NCBI RefSeq assembly: GCF_039522585.1
Contig: NZ_BAAADR010000010.1
DNA from: Halomonas salifodinae
GTDB taxonomy: Bacteria; Pseudomonadota; Gammaproteobacteria; Pseudomonadales; Halomonadaceae
Strand: one strand, 5' to 3'
DNA: 64,000 bases
Position 1 is the stretch's first letter. Every line of letters begins with the position of its first letter. Under the pieces are notes generated by a model, which saw only the letters and a program-made list of their open reading frames with translations, ran no database searches and was not told where the DNA came from. Position numbers and translations under genes: made by a program. Shown here piece after piece: positions 59,675 through 64,000 of the stretch.

Positions 59675-59827
59675 GAGCGCCCCCCCTACTCCCGCGAGCT
59701 GGGCGCCTTCCCCTCCGAGGCGGTGAAGGCCGGCAAGTACTGGCCGGCGGTGAATCGGGTCGACAATGTCCATGGCGACCGCCACCTGATCTGCACCTGC
59801 CCGAGCATCGATAGCTATCGCGAGTGA
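59675..59827. repeat. Direct repeat copy 2: displaced original gcvP 3' end (about 50 codons plus stop) after the island. Putative attR.
   Basis: About 93% identical to 56330..56479. Followed by a strong terminator. Encodes ...IDSYRE*. Confidence 0.85.
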
Positions 59828-59853
59828 TCGCGTCCCGCCAATACGACGGACCG

Positions 59854-59895
59854 AAAACAACGAGCCCCGCCATCTGGCGGGGCTCGTTGTTTTGG
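59854..59895. terminator. Strong bidirectional rho-independent terminator.
   Basis: aaaacaacgagccccgcc-atct-ggcggggctcgttgtttt, with an A-run on the 5' side and a T-run on the 3' side. Confidence 0.8.
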
Positions 59896-59945
59896 TTCAT
59901 CGTCGATCAGGATGACGCCGGGAGTCACCGCGCCCCGGCCCGGTC

Positions 59946-60854
59946 TCAGTCGCCAGCCTCGGAATAGCCGTAGAGATCGTGGCGACGCTGTTCCCTGAAC
60001 TCCTCCAGCAGCCGCCGATAGCGCCGCGGCAGTTCGGTGCTGGAGTGGGTCACCAGGTAGAGGGTCTCGTGGACCACCTGGGGCAGGCTCAGTTCCTTGA
60101 CCTGGCGTTGCCAGGGCGAGGTCTCCAGCACCAGACGCGAGACCACGCTGAAGCCCAGGCCCCGGGCCACGGCGTCCATCACCATGGACACCTCGTTGGT
60201 AAAGCCCTGGCGGGGGCAGCGGCTCATGGAGCGGAATTCATCCGGGAAGTTGGCGCGCAACAGCTGAGTGGCATGTTGCAGGCCATCCGAGTAATTGACG
60301 AAGCCCAGCGCCACCAGGTCGTTCCAACCGGTACCGGTGAAGTCCGCCGGCACCACCAGGCACAAGGGCTCCTGATGCCACAGTTCGCAGTTGAGTTCCG
60401 GGTGGCGCACCGGTTCGGTAATGATCCCCAGGTCGTGGCGACCGCCCAGGACATCGGCGACGATCTCGCTGTTGAAGGCGAAGCTGTAGTTGACCGTCAG
60501 CCCAGTATGCATCTGCTGATAGCCGAGAATAAAGGGGTAGAACATCAACCCCACGCTGCCCGGTGACGCCAGGCGGCATTCGCCGGAATCCAGCGACTCG
60601 TCATCCAGGGAGTGGCGGAAATGCTCATGTTCGGCAAACAGCTTGACCGCATAGTCATAGGTGCGCCGCCCCGCCTCGGTGAGGGTGAAGCGACGCCCGT
60701 GGCGATTGAGCAACGACTTCTGCAGATACTGTTCCAACTTGCGTATGTGCTGGCTGACCCCCGGCTGAGTCATCTCCAGGCGTCGCGCGGTCTGGGTGAA
60801 ACTGCCGGTCTCCACCAGGGTAATAAAGGTACGAAAATAGAGGGCATTGAACAT
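59946..60854 (-). CDS. LysR-family transcriptional regulator, divergent from ppnN.
   Basis: HTH TFITLVETGSFTQTARRLEMTQPGVSQHIRKLE and a LysR substrate-binding domain. Confidence 0.85.
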   Translation of the reverse strand: MFNALYFRTFITLVETGSFTQTARRLEMTQPGVSQHIRKLEQYLQKSLLNRHGRRFTLTEAGRRTYDYAVKLFAEHEHFRHSLDDESLDSGECRLASPGSVGLMFYPFILGYQQMHTGLTVNYSFAFNSEIVADVLGGRHDLGIITEPVRHPELNCELWHQEPLCLVVPADFTGTGWNDLVALGFVNYSDGLQHATQLLRANFPDEFRSMSRCPRQGFTNEVSMVMDAVARGLGFSVVSRLVLETSPWQRQVKELSLPQVVHETLYLVTHSSTELPRRYRRLLEEFREQRRHDLYGYSEAGD

Positions 60855-61055
60855 GAGGCGGGGCCGCTTGACCGAGGGGGAAGACACGACAGCAGGTAAC
60901 AATCCTACCAGAAGTCGCGGCGCGAGGCAGCGCCGCGCTTCTTGGTTGAATTCAGGCGCGAAGCCCGTGGTACCATTCGAAAATAGTGTTACTGCCTTCA
61001 GCGCCCGTGGCAGGCGCTACGCGCCCGCCCCGCCGCCCCTGACAAGGAAGCCGTC

Positions 61056-62417
61056 ATGCCCGATACCATTTCCGCCACCATCTCCCCCGAGGGCAGCCTC
61101 GAAGTGCTCTCCCAGGCCGAGGTCAACCGCCTGCGCGACACCTCGGCCGCCGGCCTCCACGACCTGCTGCGCTGCTGCGCCCTGGCGGTCCTCAACTGCG
61201 GCAACCCCACCGACGATGGGCGCGCCGTGATGGAGACCTATCGCGATTTCGATATCGAGGTGCTCCAGGAGGATCGCGGCATCCGCCTCAAGCTGACCCA
61301 GGCCCCCGCCGAGGCCTTCGTCGACGGCAAGATGATCCGCGGCATTCGCGAGCTGCTCTCCGCCGTGCTGCGCGATGTGATCTACGTCTACAACGAGATC
61401 CAGACCCAGCGCCGCTTCGACCTCTCCACCGGCGAGGGCACCACCAACGCGGTCTTCCATATCCTGCGCAAGGCCGGCGCCCTCAAGCCGGGCCGTGACC
61501 CCAGCCTGGTGGTCTGCTGGGGCGGCCACTCCATCAACCGCGAGGAGTACGAATACACCAAGGACGTGGGCTATCACCTGGGCCTGCGCGATATGGACAT
61601 CTGTACCGGCTGCGGCCCCGGGGCCATGAAGGGCCCCATGAAAGGCGCCAACGTGGCCCACGCCAAGCAGCGCCGCAAGGAGGGACGCTACCTGGGCATT
61701 TCGGAACCGGGCATCATCGCCGCCGAGTCGCCCAACCCCATCGTCAACGAGCTGGTGATCATGCCCGATATCGAGAAGCGCCTGGAGGCCTTCGTGCGGG
61801 TGGGTCACGGTATTCTGGTATTCCCCGGCGGGGTCGGCACCGCCGAGGAGATCCTCTATCTACTGGGCATCCTGCTGCATCCCGACAACCGCGACATGCC
61901 CTTCCCGGTGGTCTTCACCGGGCCGTCGAACAGCGCCGACTACTTCGCCCGGATCGACGAATTCCTCGCCTATACCCTGGGCGAAGAGGCCCGGGGCCGC
62001 TACCAGATCCTGATCGACGATCCCGCCGGGGTGGCCCGGGCCATGCGTCGCGGCATCGACGAGGTCACCGCCTTCCGCCGCGAGCAGCAGGACGCCTTCT
62101 ATTACAACTGGCGGCTGACCATCGACCGCGACTTCCAGGAGCCCTTCGAGCCCACCCACGAGGCCATGGCGGGCCTGGCACTCAACCGCGAGTTGCCGGT
62201 CCACGAGCTGGCCGCTAACCTGCGCCGTGCCTTCTCCGGCATCGTTGCCGGTAACGTCAAGGACAAGGGCGTGCGCGCCATCGAGGCCAAGGGCCCCTTC
62301 CGCCTCAGCGCCGAACCCGAGCTGATGCGTCGCCTGGATGAGCTACTGACCTCCTTCGTCGGCCAGGGCCGCATGAAGCTAAGCGGCGACTATGTGCCCT
62401 GCTATACGCTGGGCTAA
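61056..62417 (+). CDS. ppnN: Pyrimidine/purine nucleotide 5'-monophosphate nucleosidase PpnN (LOG-family, YgdH-like).
   Basis: 453 aa. LOG-domain motifs GGGPGAMKGPMKGA and PGGVGTAEEI. Confidence 0.8.
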   Translation: MPDTISATISPEGSLEVLSQAEVNRLRDTSAAGLHDLLRCCALAVLNCGNPTDDGRAVMETYRDFDIEVLQEDRGIRLKLTQAPAEAFVDGKMIRGIRELLSAVLRDVIYVYNEIQTQRRFDLSTGEGTTNAVFHILRKAGALKPGRDPSLVVCWGGHSINREEYEYTKDVGYHLGLRDMDICTGCGPGAMKGPMKGANVAHAKQRRKEGRYLGISEPGIIAAESPNPIVNELVIMPDIEKRLEAFVRVGHGILVFPGGVGTAEEILYLLGILLHPDNRDMPFPVVFTGPSNSADYFARIDEFLAYTLGEEARGRYQILIDDPAGVARAMRRGIDEVTAFRREQQDAFYYNWRLTIDRDFQEPFEPTHEAMAGLALNRELPVHELAANLRRAFSGIVAGNVKDKGVRAIEAKGPFRLSAEPELMRRLDELLTSFVGQGRMKLSGDYVPCYTLG

Positions 62418-62544
62418 GGAGCAAGGAGCAAGGAGCAAGGAGCAAGGAGCAAGGAGCAAGGAGCAAGGAGCAAGGAGCAAGGAGCAAGGAGCAAGGAGCA
62501 AGGAGCAAGGAGCAAGGAGCAAGGAGCAAGGAGCAAGGAGCAAG
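62418..62544. repeat. Perfect heptanucleotide microsatellite (GGAGCAA)x~18 immediately after the ppnN stop codon.
   Basis: About 127 bp of uninterrupted 7-bp period, no mismatches seen. Each unit contains AAGGAG. An inverted TTGCTCCTT copy lies ~30 bp downstream. Confidence 0.95.
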
Positions 62545-62585
62545 GCAGTATGTCCCCCTTGCAGCTTGTGGCTTGCTCCTTGGTG

Positions 62586-62957
62586 CTAGGCGCGCTCGCG
62601 CTTCCACCAGAGCCCCATCACATGCAGCAGCAGGCCCAGGGCCAGGCCATGGGAGAGCAGTTGTTGCCAGCCCACCCAGCTCGCCGCCAGGGCATACCAG
62701 GCGGTCATCAGCGCCAGACCGGTGCCCAGGCCATAGGCCAGGCGGCGTAACAGCCCGGGCAGCTCGGCCCGCGCCTCGGCCGCCATCAGGCGCCAGTGGC
62801 CGACCGCCACCACCGCCACCACCACGGCGGCCAGGGACAACAGCAGCAGATGCGAGTCATGCCCGCCCTGCAGATAACGCGGCAGGGTGCCCAGCATGGC
62901 CGCCAGCAGCCCCAGCAGGATACTCAGGCGTTCGGGGTTGGGTGCGGCCCGCATCAT
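62586..62957 (-). CDS. Small integral membrane protein (DUF2069-like).
   Basis: Four hydrophobic helices. Start overlaps the flavodoxin stop (ATGA). Confidence 0.55.
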   Translation of the reverse strand: MMRAAPNPERLSILLGLLAAMLGTLPRYLQGGHDSHLLLLSLAAVVVAVVAVGHWRLMAAEARAELPGLLRRLAYGLGTGLALMTAWYALAASWVGWQQLLSHGLALGLLLHVMGLWWKRERA

Positions 62958-63418
62958 GCCACCTGCAGCTGTTGCTCGGCGATCCACGCCTCGGCCCAGG
63001 GCAGGGCCGCATCGTCGGCCATAAAGGTCTCCATGGCGTCTATCTCGAGGCGCTCACCGAGGCGGCTCGCGCCCTGGTCGGCCAGTAGCGCGTCCAGATA
63101 GCGCCCGGCGCCACAGAAGGTGTCGCCATAGGAGCTGTCGCCGAGGGCGATCACCCCGTAGCGCAGATCGACCAGCCCCGGGCTCTGCTCCTCCAGCTCC
63201 CGTACCAGCGGCACGATATTGCCGGGGAAGTCGCCACTACCGGTGGTGGAGACGCAGAACAGCGCCAGATCGGGCGCCTCCTCGACCAGATCGGCCAGGC
63301 TGGGCTGCTCCAGGACGGTCACCCGGTAGCCCGCCTGTTCGAACAGCGGGGTGATCTGCTCGGCGACGTCCAGGGCGCCGCCATACATGGTTCCAACGAA
63401 GATCTTGAGCGTAGGCAT
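62954..63418 (-). CDS. Flavodoxin (MioC-like, FMN-binding).
   Basis: KIFVGTMYGGA N-terminus. 154 aa. Confidence 0.85.
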   Translation of the reverse strand: MPTLKIFVGTMYGGALDVAEQITPLFEQAGYRVTVLEQPSLADLVEEAPDLALFCVSTTGSGDFPGNIVPLVRELEEQSPGLVDLRYGVIALGDSSYGDTFCGAGRYLDALLADQGASRLGERLEIDAMETFMADDAALPWAEAWIAEQQLQVA

Positions 63419-63620
63419 GGGCTTGCTTTGCTTGAGGAATTTGCTCGGATATTACCATAACCCCCGCCATGACCGAATCCATCGACGGCATAGCCGGGCG
63501 ATGTCCAGCGGCCGGATCAAGGAAAGCCGTTCCCCACCTGCGGCATCGCGTCGCGGCCCGGCCACTGAAGCGCTTCGGTGGGCGAGGTAGAATGGCGCTT
63601 ATTTCTCGCCGGGAGGCAAC

Positions 63621-63830
63621 ATGCTGGAGACCTTCGAGGCCTGGATCACGCCGATCATGATCGGCAGCCTGATCCTCTTCATGACCTTTATCATCTGGGA
63701 CCTGTCCCGCCGCTCCAAGGCCGGCAAGTTCGGCACCCTGATGCTGTTCGTCGTGCTGGGTGCCGGCATCATGGGCTATCTGTTCAAGGTGATCATCACT
63801 TATCTGATGGAAGGCGGGGGCCTCGTCTAG
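63621..63830 (+). CDS. Small membrane protein (DUF2788-like).
   Basis: 69 aa with two TM helices (IMIGSLILFMTFIIW..., LMLFVVLGAGIMGYLF). Confidence 0.5.
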   Translation: MLETFEAWITPIMIGSLILFMTFIIWDLSRRSKAGKFGTLMLFVVLGAGIMGYLFKVIITYLMEGGGLV

Positions 63831-63864
63831 CCAAGCCCCCTCCTCCCGTCCAGACGACAAGGCC

Positions 63865-64000
63865 CCGGCAGTTTGAACTGACCCCCAATAGTTGGACGGT
63901 TCACTCAGCCGGTGCTCAAGGCCTGAGTCCTGTACTGCACAGGGCTCAGGCCTTTTAGTTTCATCTTGATGCGCTCGTGGTTGTAGTAATGGATATAACG
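63865..64000 (-). mobile_element. 3' end of an IS3-family insertion sequence (transposase OrfB C-terminus plus terminal inverted repeat), truncated by the window edge.
   Basis: Reverse-strand translation ...[31 protein letters not shown] is a typical IS3-family OrfB C-terminus. IS end TGAACTGACCCCCAATAGTTGG at ~63865. Confidence 0.7.

Noticed and set aside
59561-59827. 88-aa ORF reading from the end of the PcfJ-like gene into the duplicated gcvP tail.
   Set aside because: Chimeric junction ORF created by the direct repeat. No RBS. Likely non-functional attR remnant.
62418-62544. Possible CRISPR or coding repeat (KEQGARS x n ORF at 62392-62589).
   Set aside because: 7-bp period with no spacers. 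The ORF has no start context and is an artefact of the repeat. Treated as a microsatellite.

Overview
This is a high-GC (about 65-70% by eye) gammaproteobacterial chromosomal segment, with gene order resembling Pseudomonas/Halomonas. It is almost entirely core housekeeping. Genes in order: mtaD'-ubiG-mupP-like; a complete ybgC-tolQRAB-pal-cpoB cluster directly downstream of ruvCAB and aspS; purine/NAD salvage genes (ribokinase, nucleoside hydrolase, nadM-Nudix); cls, fumA, uvrB, ygfZ, tatD, prfC, luxS; nfeD/SPFH; regBA-type two-component system; grxA; pta-ackA; a scoAB/lysR/acetoacetyl-CoA synthetase cluster; M23 peptidase, GT4, PAP2, alkB; a split glycine-cleavage locus (agcS-gcvT on the minus strand, gcvH-gcvP on the plus strand); ppnN, flavodoxin, and a truncated IS3-family transposase at the window edge. 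The one clearly accessory feature is a ~3.2 kb island of much lower GC (~50-55%) inserted at the 3' end of gcvP, flanked by ~150-bp direct repeats of the gcvP tail. It carries three genes: a PD-(D/E)XK-motif protein, a small unknown protein, and a PcfJ-like protein. There is no integrase. This is the best candidate for an undescribed mobile or defence-type cassette. A second striking pattern is a pervasive set of short (30-150 bp) imperfect direct duplications at gene termini, at least nine loci. One of them supplies the SD and start of the downstream gene; another triplicates a C-terminal coding segment. Other repeats are an 18-copy GGAGCAA microsatellite, a 69-bp intergenic tandem array, a 48-bp in-frame array inside tolA, and a 15-mer (AAGATAACGGTATAA) present three times. 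Many long ORFs in the six-frame track are GC-driven antisense artefacts and were rejected.
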